32,420 bases of DNA, taken from an uncultured Collinsella sp. (lineage in GTDB: Bacteria > Actinomycetota > Coriobacteriia > Coriobacteriales > Coriobacteriaceae). This document shows positions 8,272 to 18,627 of the stretch, piece by piece. A program made the translations under genes and the position numbers. The stretch's first letter is position 1; each line of letters opens with the position of its first letter. The stretch is from assembly GCA_900552875.1 (NCBI GenBank), contig USCS01000001.1, positions 1 through 32,420 on the forward strand. Direction: 5' to 3'. Under the pieces are notes generated by a model. That model saw only the letters and a program-made list of their open reading frames with translations, was not told the DNA's origin and ran no database searches.

Positions 8272-11200
8272 ATTCCGAGCGCAGAGCCTCTACGGGGTCT
8301 TTCTTAGACGCGCTGCGGGCCGGCAACAAGCCAGCGACGACCGTCAGCACCACCGAGATCGCGATGAGCGCCAGCGCGTCCTGAACGGGCAGGCTCATCA
8401 GGTTGGGAACCTGCTTGGTCGCAAGCGCCCAGGCATTGACCGGGAGGCTCACGAGCACCACGACGGCGATGGCAAAAACGCCGGCGATAAGGCCCTCGAT
8501 AAACGTCTCGGCGTTAAACACGTTGGCCACGTTGCGCTTCGATGCGCCAATCGCGCGCAGAATGCCAATCTCCTTTTTGCGCTCCAGCACGCTGATGTAC
8601 GTGATGATGCCGATCATGATGGAGCTCACCACCAGGCTGATGCTCACAAACGCGATAAGCACCAAACTGATGGTGTTCACAATATCGGTCACCGAGCCCA
8701 TGATGATGCCCATATAGTCGGTGTACGAGATTGCCTGCTCGTCGTGTCCGGCGGCTTTGACCTGCTTGTTGTACGCATCGATATGGTCGAGCACGCGTTC
8801 CTTGGCCTCAAAGTCGCGCGGGAAAATCTTGACGGAAATGGGGTCGGCCTCGTCCGCATAGCCCAGCGTGGTCAGATTGTTGTCGTAGGTGAGCTTCGAC
8901 GCCTTTGCATAGCTCATCATGAGCGAGCTCAGATCCTCGGCGTCCATGTTGAAGTGGATGGCACGGGCAAACGCGCTCGCATCCACGTGCATGGCGCTCG
9001 CCAGGCTGGCAAAGGTCGACGACATCTGCGTCGCCATCTGATCCATAAGCCCCGCCGCTCCCGCTTTGAGCTGGGAAGACACCGTCGCTGCGATTCTGTT
9101 GCTGAGCGATTGCATCACCTGGTCCATAGCCTGCTGCAAATAGGGCGCGAGCTGTTTTTGTACGTAGTCGGTCATAGCCTGCTGCAGTCGCTCCGCCAGT
9201 GCGTCTCCGCCCAGCGCTTTGAGCTGCGCCAAGCATTGCTGCGCCGCAGCATCGTTCTCAAGATACGCCGAGAACGCAGCAGCGAGCTTCGATGCATCCT
9301 TAAGGTCCTCGGGCGTCAGCGCCTTAAACTGATTGGACTGCATAAAGCCAACAAACAGCCGGTTGGCAAGCGTGCCCACCTGCTGCATCTGCTCGGGCGT
9401 GAGTTCCAAGCCATCAAAGACACCCGAGAAATCGGGGGTCGGTGCCTTGGCCATGATGTCGCTGAAGTCGATGTCCTTGCCCACGCCCGAAAGGTCGATA
9501 TCCAAGCCCGACAAATCGATGCCCGAAAGATCCATGCCACCGGCCGTACCCGAGAGTGCAGACATATCGAACGAGAACGCACTCTTGAGCGCCGCCTCGT
9601 CAACGCTGAACATGCTGCCCAGGTCCACGCCCTGCTTGGCCTCGCCTTGCAGCTCGTCGAACGTTTTGCCGGTAAAGACATCCGTCTCGGGATGAGCAAG
9701 CTGTTCCTGAACGATCTGCGAATCGGCAGCGCGCTCCATAAGTTGGCGAGTCAACGCGTGCGTGTAGGCAATACCCGGAGACAACGCACTGGCATTGGCA
9801 GTCTCGTTGGGACGCACCACGCCCACAATGCGCACGTCGATACCGTCGGCAACCTTGGCTGCCATAAAGTCGGTGTCGCCAGACATATCGGTCCACATAC
9901 CGGTCTCTTCGTTTTTGCGATACGCATCGGCCGGCGACAACACCTTAAACGTCGTAGACAGCGCATCGTCGTAGGTAAAGTCGGCGGCGGTCTCGGGCGT
10001 TTCGACCTCGCCGTCAGCCGTCATAGCACTGTTAACCAGGTCGTTGAGCTCATCGATATCCAGCGCACCGATGCTATAGAGCGTGTAGTCGCCCACCGTA
10101 CCGCGGCTCGAAAGCACCATCACGGCTTCGTTGGCGGACGTGGGCCAATGACCGGCGACGACGTCGTACTGGCTGTCGAGCAGGCTCTGGTCGTCAATCA
10201 TCTCGTTGAAGACCGAGGTCCCCATGGACTCCATGCTCACCGTTGCCGCCGAGCTCGCGCCTCCGCTCATAGCCTCGGTCATCGCGTTGGGCACCAGGCG
10301 CACGGGCTTCTCGTCGCCCTTGCCCGCGCGATACACGACCGGCGTCACGCCGTAGCTGTACTGAATGGCGTTGACCTCTTTGTCGATGCCGTCGCCGCCA
10401 TCGTCGAGCCACGCCTTAAAGCTCGTCATATCGTTGGACTTAACGCTCGCAAACATATCCTTTACGGCCGTGACCACAGGAATCTTATCGGTTCCTTTAG
10501 CCTTGCCGCCGGCACTGTCGTCGGATGAATCCACGTTTTCAGGCGAGTCATCATCCGCAGCCCCCTGTCCGCCCATCATGGACGACAGGTCGTAATCCTG
10601 CTTGGAGATGGTGAGCGGATAGCTCGAGAGCGTATCCTCCTCGACCTTTTTGATGTAGTTGTTCACGCCGTTGGAGAGCGCCAGAATCGCCGCGATGCCG
10701 ATAATACCGATCGAGCCCGCGAATGCCGTCATAGCCGTACGGCCCTTCTTGGTCATGAGGTTGCGTGCCGAAAGCCCCAGCGCCGTCACAAAGCTCATCG
10801 AGGTTTTGCGCGTGGGCTTGGCTTCGCGACGCGCAGCCCCAGCGGCGTCGAAGGGGTCGGAATCGTCGGTGATCTTTCCATCTGCGAGATTGACGATGCG
10901 CGTGGCGTACTGGTACGCCAGCTCGGGGTTGTGCGTGACCATGATGACCAGGCGGTCGCGCGCAACCTCCTTGAGCAAGTCCATGACCTGCACGGACGTC
11001 GTCGAGTCCAGGGCGCCGGTCGGCTCGTCTGCCAACACGATCTCGGGGTCGTTAATCAGGGCACGGGCAATGGCCACGCGCTGCATCTGTCCGCCCGAAA
11101 GCTGGCTCGGACGCTTGTTCACATGCTCGCCCAGACCAACTGCCTCAAGCGCCTCGCGCGCACGCTGGCGACGCTCGGCATGGCCAACGCCCGTGAGCGT

Positions 11201-11524
11201 GAGCGCCAGCTCCACGTTTTCCAAAATGGTCTGATGCGGAATAAGGTTATAGCTCTGGAACACAAAGCCGATGCGGTTGTTGCGGTAGGCGTCCCAATCG
11301 CGGTCGCGGAAGTCCTTGGTCGAAATACCGTCGATGAGCAGATCGCCCGAGTCAAAATGATCCAATCCGCCGATGACGTTGAGCATCGTAGTTTTGCCCG
11401 AACCCGAAGGGCCCAGAATGGCCACGAACTCGTTGTCTCGAAAGGCCAGGCTCACGTTATCGAGCGCCACCTGCGTAAACGACTGCGTGACGTACCTTTT
11501 GCAAATATCTTTGAGCTCCAGCAT
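8270..11524 (-). CDS. Fused ABC transporter ATP-binding/permease protein (MacB/FtsX-like)
   Basis: Walker [25 protein letters not shown]-loop VTHN; one TM, a large extracellular region, then FtsX-type C-terminus ([16 protein letters not shown] ... DPVEALRSE); ATG 11524 follows GGAGAGG. Confidence 0.9.
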   Translation of the reverse strand: MLELKDICKRYVTQSFTQVALDNVSLAFRDNEFVAILGPSGSGKTTMLNVIGGLDHFDSGDLLIDGISTKDFRDRDWDAYRNNRIGFVFQSYNLIPHQTILENVELALTLTGVGHAERRQRAREALEAVGLGEHVNKRPSQLSGGQMQRVAIARALINDPEIVLADEPTGALDSTTSVQVMDLLKEVARDRLVIMVTHNPELAYQYATRIVNLADGKITDDSDPFDAAGAARREAKPTRKTSMSFVTALGLSARNLMTKKGRTAMTAFAGSIGIIGIAAILALSNGVNNYIKKVEEDTLSSYPLTISKQDYDLSSMMGGQGAADDDSPENVDSSDDSAGGKAKGTDKIPVVTAVKDMFASVKSNDMTSFKAWLDDGGDGIDKEVNAIQYSYGVTPVVYRAGKGDEKPVRLVPNAMTEAMSGGASSAATVSMESMGTSVFNEMIDDQSLLDSQYDVVAGHWPTSANEAVMVLSSRGTVGDYTLYSIGALDIDELNDLVNSAMTADGEVETPETAADFTYDDALSTTFKVLSPADAYRKNEETGMWTDMSGDTDFMAAKVADGIDVRIVGVVRPNETANASALSPGIAYTHALTRQLMERAADSQIVQEQLAHPETDVFTGKTFDELQGEAKQGVDLGSMFSVDEAALKSAFSFDMSALSGTAGGMDLSGIDLSGLDIDLSGVGKDIDFSDIMAKAPTPDFSGVFDGLELTPEQMQQVGTLANRLFVGFMQSNQFKALTPEDLKDASKLAAAFSAYLENDAAAQQCLAQLKALGGDALAERLQQAMTDYVQKQLAPYLQQAMDQVMQSLSNRIAATVSSQLKAGAAGLMDQMATQMSSTFASLASAMHVDASAFARAIHFNMDAEDLSSLMMSYAKASKLTYDNNLTTLGYADEADPISVKIFPRDFEAKERVLDHIDAYNKQVKAAGHDEQAISYTDYMGIIMGSVTDIVNTISLVLIAFVSISLVVSSIMIGIITYISVLERKKEIGILRAIGASKRNVANVFNAETFIEGLIAGVFAIAVVVLVSLPVNAWALATKQVPNLMSLPVQDALALIAISVVLTVVAGLLPARSASKKDPVEALRSE

Positions 11525-11702
11525 GGACGGCAACCTCTCCCGCGCGGGTACACTCGCCCGCTCTCCCCCGCCGTTCGTATTCGACGCGTTTGTCCTACTC
11601 TATTCCGTTTTTTAGTCCACACCAGTGAGAAACGTCACGAACCGCGCCAAAACGAACGGGACGACACGCCACACAGCGCACCGTCCCGCACACAACATTG
11701 AC

Positions 11703-11735
11703 AATGTGACAAAGGGACTGTCCCTTTGTCACATT
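11703..11735. repeat. REP-like palindrome, copy 3
   Basis: AATGTGACAAAGGGAC-t-GTCCCTTTGTCACATT; identical to copy 1 except the central base. Confidence 0.9.
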
Positions 11736-11749
11736 CGTGTACTCAGCCT

Positions 11750-12721
11750 TTACTGCTCGCTATTCGCAATCGCCTGGTCAATAAGCTTGTCGAGCGCTGC
11801 GCGCTGCTCGGCGGAGCTGATGGCTCCCACGATGGGCTCCCCTACGATGTTGCCATTCTGATCGATGACATACGTTGTCGGGAACGAGAACAAATTTGAC
11901 GTGAACTTACCGGCCTCGCTATCCGACTTGAACCAGATGTTCTTATACGTCACGCCCTTCTTGCTCAGCACGTCCTTGGCATCTGCAATCTCGCCCTTGT
12001 TGCCATCGAGCGTAAAGGAATTGACGCCCACGACCTGGCCGCCCTTCTCGGCAAGCTCCTGATTCAGTTTCTCAAGATCGCCCAGCTCGCCCACGCACGG
12101 CTTGCAAGTAGTGAACCAGAAGTTCATGACGGTGACCTTGTTCTTAGAGAACAGCTCGTCGCTGTTCACGTCGTTGCCATCCAGGTCCTTGCCCGTAAAG
12201 CTGGGGAACTTCGTCGCCTCGCTCGAAGCATTGGCACCAGCCGTCATGCCAGCGGTCGAAGCGTCGACGCTCTCGCCTGCACTCGGCGTGCTTCCACAGC
12301 CGGGGAACTCCTTCTCCAGGCTCTCGAGCTTGTCCTCGATCTCCTTAATCTGCTGTGCACCGGCCTTGAGTGTCTTAAGCTCATCCGCCGTGAACTCATC
12401 CTTGGCACCGTCGATGGTCTTGAGCAGAAAATCGCCGTAATTGCTGCCGTCCTCAATCATTGCCGAGTCTTTATTTGCTGCATTGAATACCTTTTCCCAC
12501 AGCGCGTTATCACTCGAAAAGATCTCGTTCTCCTTCTGCATGAGCTTCGCATACAGCTCGGCGGCCTCGTCGGCATTGGCCGGCTTCTGCGCAGTGAGTT
12601 CTGCGATCTTAGGATTGGAGCTCGCAGATTCGCTCGCATTGCCACCGGGCGCCGAACATGCCACAAGACACAAGGCCAATACCGGCACCATAAACAGGGC
12701 CGCAATCTTAGAAAGCTTCAT
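11750..12721 (-). CDS. TlpA-like thioredoxin-fold lipoprotein
   Basis: Signal peptide with lipobox LVAC; NFWFTTCKPCVGE active site; cis-Pro motif FPTTYVID; ATG 12721 is best spaced from GGAGG. Confidence 0.85.
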   Translation of the reverse strand: MKLSKIAALFMVPVLALCLVACSAPGGNASESASSNPKIAELTAQKPANADEAAELYAKLMQKENEIFSSDNALWEKVFNAANKDSAMIEDGSNYGDFLLKTIDGAKDEFTADELKTLKAGAQQIKEIEDKLESLEKEFPGCGSTPSAGESVDASTAGMTAGANASSEATKFPSFTGKDLDGNDVNSDELFSKNKVTVMNFWFTTCKPCVGELGDLEKLNQELAEKGGQVVGVNSFTLDGNKGEIADAKDVLSKKGVTYKNIWFKSDSEAGKFTSNLFSFPTTYVIDQNGNIVGEPIVGAISSAEQRAALDKLIDQAIANSEQ

Positions 12722-12750
12722 AGTCATTCCTCCGTTTTGTCGAAGCTTGT

Positions 12751-13653
12751 TTACTTTTTATCAGCGGTCAAGGGAAGCTTTTCCGCCGACACATCCAGGC
12801 CATAGCGATAGCTGATGGCATCGACGGGACAGGCCCCAATGCACTTTCCGCACCGGATGCATTCGGCATGATTGGGTGCGCGGACCACATCAACGTCCAT
12901 CTGACAAACCTTTGAGCACTTGCCGCACGAGACACATTTGCATGCGTCAACCCGAATCCCCAGTAGGGACACCCTATTCATAAGCGCATAGAATGCGCCG
13001 AGTGGACAAATCCATTTGCAGAAGGGGCGGTAGAACAAAACACTCAGCACTACCACGGCAATGAGAACGGCAAGTTTCCAAGTAAAGAGCTGTCCCAACG
13101 CAGATCGAATGCCGGCATTGGCAATGGCCAGCGGAATGGCGCCCTCGAGCACACCCTGCGGACAGATGTACTTACAAAAGAACGGGTCGCCCATGCCCAC
13201 GTCGTTAACCACCAAGACGGGTAGCAGCACCACGGCAAACAGCAACACGACGTACTTGATGTACGTGAGCGGCTTGAGCTTTTTCGTGGAGAACTTTTTG
13301 CCGGGAATCTTGTGAAGCAGCTCCTGCAGCCAGCCAAACGGGCACAGAAAGCCGCATACAAAGCGTCCCAGCAGCACGCCGAGCAAAATGAGCGTACCGG
13401 TAACATAGTAAGAAAAGTTGAACTTGGATGAACCTACTACCGACTGGAACGATCCGATGGGGCACGCACCCGATGCCGCGGGGCACGAATAGCAGTTAAG
13501 TCCAGGCACGCAGACGGTTTTTCCCGCGCCCTGATAGATGCCGCCTTTGGCAAAGTTCGGCAGGTGAATGTTGGTGACGAGCGTCGCCGCCGCCTGAATG
13601 AATCCGCGAAATCGAGCCAAAACATGCGACGCAGTGTTTTCTCTTTTATCCAA
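12751..13653 (-). CDS. Membrane-bound 4Fe-4S binding protein (polyferredoxin, NapH/YccM-like)
   Basis: CVPGLNCYSCP, CGFLCP, CKYICP, CKWICP motifs and two CxxCxxCxxxC clusters; TM helices; probable TTG start at 13653 overlapping the upstream small gene. Confidence 0.85.
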   Translation of the reverse strand: MDKRENTASHVLARFRGFIQAAATLVTNIHLPNFAKGGIYQGAGKTVCVPGLNCYSCPAASGACPIGSFQSVVGSSKFNFSYYVTGTLILLGVLLGRFVCGFLCPFGWLQELLHKIPGKKFSTKKLKPLTYIKYVVLLFAVVLLPVLVVNDVGMGDPFFCKYICPQGVLEGAIPLAIANAGIRSALGQLFTWKLAVLIAVVVLSVLFYRPFCKWICPLGAFYALMNRVSLLGIRVDACKCVSCGKCSKVCQMDVDVVRAPNHAECIRCGKCIGACPVDAISYRYGLDVSAEKLPLTADKK

Positions 13654-13792
13654 TTCCGATACACTCCAAGCACAGCCTAATCGCTTTGGCCAGCACGGCA
13701 TCTGCCTCGCCACGCATAACGCCAAAGCACACCATGGCAATTCCGACGATCAACAAAGCGACCTGTACCACGGGTTTTACCGCTTTGAACAA
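13646..13792 (-). CDS. 48-aa CXXC membrane peptide (CD1871A family-like)
   Basis: MFKAVKPVVQVALLIVGIAMVCFGVMRGEADAVLAKAIRLCLECIGIG*; RBS AAAGGAG; characteristic C-terminal CLECIGIG; missing from ORF track. Confidence 0.85.
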   Translation of the reverse strand: MFKAVKPVVQVALLIVGIAMVCFGVMRGEADAVLAKAIRLCLECIGIG

Positions 13793-13882
13793 CCTGACCA
13801 CTCCTTTCGTTACGCGACCATTGGACCATATCGGCTATAAAATCCGTGTTAAGCGCGATTTGAAATGTGCAAGGAGACTGTT

Positions 13883-14557
13883 ATGCGTATTTTGATCGTC
13901 GAGGACGAGCGGGCGCTGTGCGACGCAATCGCGCGCAGCTTGCGGAACTTGGCGTACAGTGTCGACTGCTGTCACGACGGACAGGAGGCGCTCGACCTAC
14001 TGGACGTTGAGGCCTTCGACCTCGTGGTACTCGACCTCAACCTTCCCCGCATCGACGGCATGACCGTACTCAGGGAACTTAGGAAAACTGACTGCGAGAC
14101 TAAGGTACTGATTCTGTCCGCACGTGGCGAAGTATCAGATAAAGTCGCCGGACTCGATGCCGGCGCCAACGATTACCTCACCAAGCCGTTTCATCTGGAC
14201 GAGCTTGCGGCAAGGATTCGCAGCCTTACCCTAAGACGCTTTACACAAAGCGACGTAGTTTTAACCTGCGGAAAGCTCAGCTTTGACACCAAGGCGCGCA
14301 TCGCTTCCGTGGACAGCGAGGCTTTATCTCTTACGCGCAAGGAAACGGGAATCTTGGAATACCTGATGCTTAATCAGGGGCGTCCGGTAAGTCAAGAGGA
14401 GCTTATCGAGCACGTTTGGGATAGCAGCGTAAACAGCTTTAGCAACGCAACCCGCGTTCATATCTCGTCACTCCGCAAAAAGCTACGCAGCGCTTTGGGA
14501 TACGACCCGATTCGCAATCGGATTGGAGAGGGCTACGTTATGGAGGATAGCGAATGA
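13883..14557 (+). CDS. OmpR-family response regulator
   Basis: MRILIVEDE...LVVLDLNLP...GANDYLTKPF receiver plus wHTH; RBS AAGGAG. Confidence 0.93.
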   Translation: MRILIVEDERALCDAIARSLRNLAYSVDCCHDGQEALDLLDVEAFDLVVLDLNLPRIDGMTVLRELRKTDCETKVLILSARGEVSDKVAGLDAGANDYLTKPFHLDELAARIRSLTLRRFTQSDVVLTCGKLSFDTKARIASVDSEALSLTRKETGILEYLMLNQGRPVSQEELIEHVWDSSVNSFSNATRVHISSLRKKLRSALGYDPIRNRIGEGYVMEDSE

Positions 14558-15705
14558 AAAGGCTTTCGCTGCAATGGCGCATAACGATTATGACGGCACT
14601 GCTCACGTGTGCGGCGTGCGTGCTGACGAACTGCCTGGTCGGCTATACGGGCATGCGCTACATGGATGCCATCGGCAGTAACATCTCGGCCTTTAACGCA
14701 ACCGGCGAAGATTCGCCCCAGGCGTTCGACCCAACGAAAGCGACCCCCGATGACAAGGTCACGATCGTCGTAAACGACGCACAAGAGTCTTTTGGCACGA
14801 CAACCTGGTACATCACGGCTGGAGTCACACTCCTTGGCGGCGCGCTGGCATACTTTGCGAGCGGCCGTGCACTCAAACCGCTACGGGCTTTTGCAGCCCA
14901 GGTTGAGCGTGTGCAGCCTGACAACCTAAGCGAAATCAGACTCAGTGAAGATGTGCCCACCGAGCTACAGCGATGCAGCGCCTCTTTCAACGACATGATC
15001 GCCCGTCTTGGCGAAGGGTTCTCTGCGCAGCGTCAGTTTACCGGCAACGCCGCACACGAGCTGCGCACCCCGCTCGCCCTTATGCAAGCACAGATTGAAC
15101 TATTCATCTCCGAGCGCTCCGGTCTGCAACCCGAAACAGCCGAGCTGCTCGGCCTGCTACAAGAACAAACCGAGCGCATGTCTCGAATGACCAAGGTATT
15201 GCTCGAGATGAGTGAGCTCCGCAGCGTTCCTTGCGAGGACGCTGTTGAACTTGGTCCCTTGTCCGAAGAGGTCCTCACCGACCTTGCGCCACTTGCCGAA
15301 AATAAGGGCATAGCCCTCAATTGTGCTGGGAACGCTTTAGTAATCGGGAGCGACACGCTCCTCTATCGGCTGGTGTTTAACCTAGTCGAAAATGCCATCC
15401 GTTACAGCCACCCCGGCTCGACTGTCAACGTCTCCATCTGCGACAACGACAGCCACGTGTTCCTGCGAGTCGAGGACCAGGGCCCGGGAATACCCAAGCA
15501 GTACCGTGAGAGCATCTTCCAACCGTTCTTTCGCCTGGATAAATCCCGCAGCAGGGCATACGGCGGCGCAGGACTCGGACTAGCGCTTGTTTGGGAGATT
15601 GCAGCGCTTCACGGTGGCACGGTAGAGGTCGAAACAAGTTCCGAGAACGGAACCACCATGCTCGTAAGCCTTCCAAAACGATCCGTAGCGTTAACCGAAC
15701 AGTAA
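14554..15705 (+). CDS. Sensor histidine kinase (HAMP, HisKA, HATPase)
   Basis: Two TMs; AAHELRTPL H-box; NLVENAIRY, DQGPGI, IFQPFFR, GAGLGL; ATGA overlap with the regulator. Confidence 0.93.
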   Translation: MKRLSLQWRITIMTALLTCAACVLTNCLVGYTGMRYMDAIGSNISAFNATGEDSPQAFDPTKATPDDKVTIVVNDAQESFGTTTWYITAGVTLLGGALAYFASGRALKPLRAFAAQVERVQPDNLSEIRLSEDVPTELQRCSASFNDMIARLGEGFSAQRQFTGNAAHELRTPLALMQAQIELFISERSGLQPETAELLGLLQEQTERMSRMTKVLLEMSELRSVPCEDAVELGPLSEEVLTDLAPLAENKGIALNCAGNALVIGSDTLLYRLVFNLVENAIRYSHPGSTVNVSICDNDSHVFLRVEDQGPGIPKQYRESIFQPFFRLDKSRSRAYGGAGLGLALVWEIAALHGGTVEVETSSENGTTMLVSLPKRSVALTEQ

Positions 15706-15773
15706 AACGAAAGGGGTCCCGAGCAACAGGAGTACAATTGCTGCTATTGTTGCCACCCGATGGGAGATGGAAG

Positions 15774-16778
15774 ATGGACTGCGATGGCTACCCGCGCATT
15801 CCCATGCCGTTGATGTGCACCGCCTTTGTGCCGGGGCAGATTGACGCTGCGGTTGCAGGCATTTCCGACCCCGATTCGCGCGCCATTGCCACGGCAGAAG
15901 CGCTGTACTTTCGCGGACAGGCCACCCTCGCTGCCAAGACGGCGCGCCCCTATCTTGACGCCACCGACCCCGCACTGCGCTATTCTGCATGCCTTATCTG
16001 CGGATATGCCAGTCTGTCGCTCAACCGTATCGCCGATGCCCGCCGTTGCCTTGCGGGCATCCTCGATACGCCAACTGACGAGGAATCGCCCGCCGTCCAC
16101 GCCACGCATATCCTGTTCGCCTCGGCCGCGAGCGTCCTGCTGCACCTGCCTTCCCCGCATTCCGCCGAAGAGTTTTATCCGCTTGCGGCGCATCTGCCCG
16201 AAGGCCTGCGACTGTTCGCCAGCTACGTGATGGCGCATGCCCTATACCTGCGCGGCGAATATGGCCGCAGTCTGGGCATGGCGGAAAACGCCCTGATCAT
16301 GAAACAGGGAAGTTATCCCATCTCGGAGCTGTTCCTGCACCTGTCGGCTTCCATGGCATGCATGAGCCTCAAGGACATCGACGCCGCAAAGGCACACTTC
16401 GGAGCCGCTTGGGACGTTGCGCGTCCCGACGGCCTTATCGAGCTCGTTGGCGAGCACCACGGCCTTTTGCAGGGGCTTATCGAGGCGTGTCTAAAAACGC
16501 AATACCCTGACGACTTCGCACGCATCATCGAGATTACGTATCGATTCAGCTACGGCTGGCGGCGCATCCACAACCCCGATTCGGGCGAGGACGTGGCCGA
16601 CGATCTAACGACCACAGAATTCACCATGGCCATGCTCGCCTGTCGTGGGTGGACCAACGCCGAAATCGCACGCCATATGGGAGTATCGCCGGGCACCGTC
16701 AAAAACCGCCTATCAGGAGTGTATGCCAAGCTTGGTATCGGAACTCGCGCCGAGCTGGTTGCCCACATGTTGCGCTAG
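15774..16778 (+). CDS. LuxR C-terminal HTH transcriptional regulator with helical N-terminal domain
   Basis: C-terminal LTTTEFTMAMLACRGWTNAEIARHMGVSPGTVKNRLSGVYAKLGI; likely start ATG 15774. Confidence 0.85.
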   Translation: MDCDGYPRIPMPLMCTAFVPGQIDAAVAGISDPDSRAIATAEALYFRGQATLAAKTARPYLDATDPALRYSACLICGYASLSLNRIADARRCLAGILDTPTDEESPAVHATHILFASAASVLLHLPSPHSAEEFYPLAAHLPEGLRLFASYVMAHALYLRGEYGRSLGMAENALIMKQGSYPISELFLHLSASMACMSLKDIDAAKAHFGAAWDVARPDGLIELVGEHHGLLQGLIEACLKTQYPDDFARIIEITYRFSYGWRRIHNPDSGEDVADDLTTTEFTMAMLACRGWTNAEIARHMGVSPGTVKNRLSGVYAKLGIGTRAELVAHMLR

Positions 16779-16849
16779 CGGTCAGACTGCCCGACATATC
16801 GAAAGCGTCCCGGGGGCCCGACGCCTTCGCGCGCTCAAATTGGACATTT

Positions 16850-17028
16850 TGGCCATCGAACAGCACTACCGCCACGGGACACCTTCTCGCAAAGACAGCA
16901 ACGTCCCCCTTACGGCAGTCGCTGCAGCACTCGCCTTGGCAGGCGCCGGCCTCGTAGCCTACAGCGCCCGCCGCACGGCACTCGAAACCGACACCGCCAA
17001 TGAGGTCAATTCGGATAGGCCTCGCTAG
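16850..17028 (+). pseudogene. C-terminal remnant of a sortase-anchored surface protein
   Basis: One frame reads ...TTATGHLLAKT and another continues DSNVPLTAVAAALALAGAGLVAYSARR, i.e. a broken LAKTGD sorting signal, TM helix and basic tail; no upstream gene body. Confidence 0.6.
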
Positions 17029-17130
17029 CCCCTAGTTACATGTCATTATGAAAATCATGTCTGTCACTGCGCGCACGGTGTTCCGCTGTACCCGAAACCG
17101 CGCGAGGCACTGCTCCGCTTTTCGCACGCC

Positions 17131-17166
17131 AGAAAGGGCTGGCCCCGATAACTCGGAGCCAGCCCT
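17131..17166 (-). terminator. Terminator hairpin downstream of the lipoprotein gene
   Basis: Minus strand AGGGCTGGCTCCGAG...TCGGGGCCAGCCCT followed by TTCT. Confidence 0.55.
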
Positions 17167-17195
17167 GAGTCGTCTGACGTGGGGATCGCAGTCCG

Positions 17196-18212
17196 CTACT
17201 TGAGCTTCAGTGCCTCCATCATGGGCACGGCGGCGTCCCAATCGATCTTCCAGCCAATCGACACGCGGACGGTCTCGCCCGTCGCGGGAGACGTCGCAAA
17301 CAGCGTATGGCCGTTGTCGGGACCGGTAAAGCGCAGCCACGTTATGCCGTTGTACTCGACCTGGTCGGTTGTTGTCTCCTTGCCTTCGTAGACCTGCTCT
17401 AGGCTTGCAACCTCTTCCTCCGGCGAACGCGGGAAGATACTGATGTGCAGGCGTCCTCCAGTCTCGTCGTGGAAGAAGTCTGCCTTTTCGTGCTCTTCGT
17501 TGGACGAATCCAGCGCGTACCCATCGGCAGCCTCGATACTGTACGATGCGCAATCGATGCCGGTCATATTGGCCGCATCACCAGAATCGGCCACACCGCC
17601 GGCAGCCTTGAACTCCTTGGTCTCGCATCCCGTGGTGTCAAAGTGCATGGCCTCATGATTCTTGGCGGGGGCGTAAGCGTCTACGAACTCGACAGTGATG
17701 GACCCGTAGTACGCCGTCTTGGGCGCCCAGAAATACACGTACTCAACGGTCTCGCCCGGGCCGATATCTGGCCTCTTGGAAAGATCGATGCCCTCGTGAA
17801 GCTCATCGGGAGCCTCGCTTGCAACGTAGTCGAGCACGGCCGCCTTGCCAGAAGTAAACAACGGGTCGCCTGCCTCAAGATCGCCCTGGGCAGCATGCAC
17901 GTTAAAGGAGTTAAACGTCCTGTTCTTTGCATTGTTGTTGGTGATCTTGACGTGCAGGTAAAAGCCGTCCTGCAGCTTAGCGTCACCGCGATAGAACGTA
18001 CCGTGAGCCACCGACTCATAGGTAATGCCAGCCACCTCGACCGTCTGCGAATCATAGGTCTTGGCCTTCTTGGACTTCTCCTGCACAGAGCCGTTCCCGC
18101 CCGAGCCACTCGGCGCATTGCCGCCGCAGCCAGCAAGCGTACACGCCAGCACGGCCGAAAGCACCACAGCGGGAATTCCTAACAGCAGCTTCCTTGTCAC
18201 GGGCTTCATCAT
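17196..18212 (-). CDS. Hypothetical lipoprotein
   Basis: MMKPVTRKLLLGIPAVVLSAVLACTLAGC (lipobox LAGC); RBS AAAGGAG 8 nt upstream; Ig-like-looking segment (VKITNN...IGPGETVEY). Confidence 0.8.
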   Translation of the reverse strand: MMKPVTRKLLLGIPAVVLSAVLACTLAGCGGNAPSGSGGNGSVQEKSKKAKTYDSQTVEVAGITYESVAHGTFYRGDAKLQDGFYLHVKITNNNAKNRTFNSFNVHAAQGDLEAGDPLFTSGKAAVLDYVASEAPDELHEGIDLSKRPDIGPGETVEYVYFWAPKTAYYGSITVEFVDAYAPAKNHEAMHFDTTGCETKEFKAAGGVADSGDAANMTGIDCASYSIEAADGYALDSSNEEHEKADFFHDETGGRLHISIFPRSPEEEVASLEQVYEGKETTTDQVEYNGITWLRFTGPDNGHTLFATSPATGETVRVSIGWKIDWDAAVPMMEALKLK

Positions 18213-18627
18213 CCTCACCGCTCCTTTCGGCTTGCAGCTCATCCGTTGCCCGAGTCGCAAGTCGACTCCGTGACATCGGCTTCCACTATGAGCGTATGAC
18301 GAAATGCGGCACAGGCGAAGTGACCCGTGGCCCAACTAGCAACCGCCCAGCATCCCCTATGGACCAAAAAGGCTCATATACGCACGCCCTCGGCCCATAA
18401 AATGAGACGCCTGTCCCAATGTTCGATTTGAGCCATCCACGCGGCACTTTTCGACAAACGTATCAAGCCGCAAACAAAATGAAGCGGGCTCATCCGTCTT
18501 CAAACTTACTCGGGCAGAAACGAGTAAGTGGAATTCATCGGTAAGGAGCGTGGGCTCACCCGCATTATTAAGAAGACCCTCAAGGCGCCCGAGCAGCGCA
18601 ATGATTTAGATAGGCGTCCACCGCCCG

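Noticed and set aside
8240..10528. 762-aa plus-strand ORF
   Set aside because: Antisense shadow of the ABC transporter gene, typical of GC-rich codon bias; no motifs.
18401..18420. AATGAGACGCCTGTCCCAAT as a fourth REP-like copy
   Set aside because: Shares only a GGGACAG core and is a short imperfect palindrome; not the same sequence family on present evidence.
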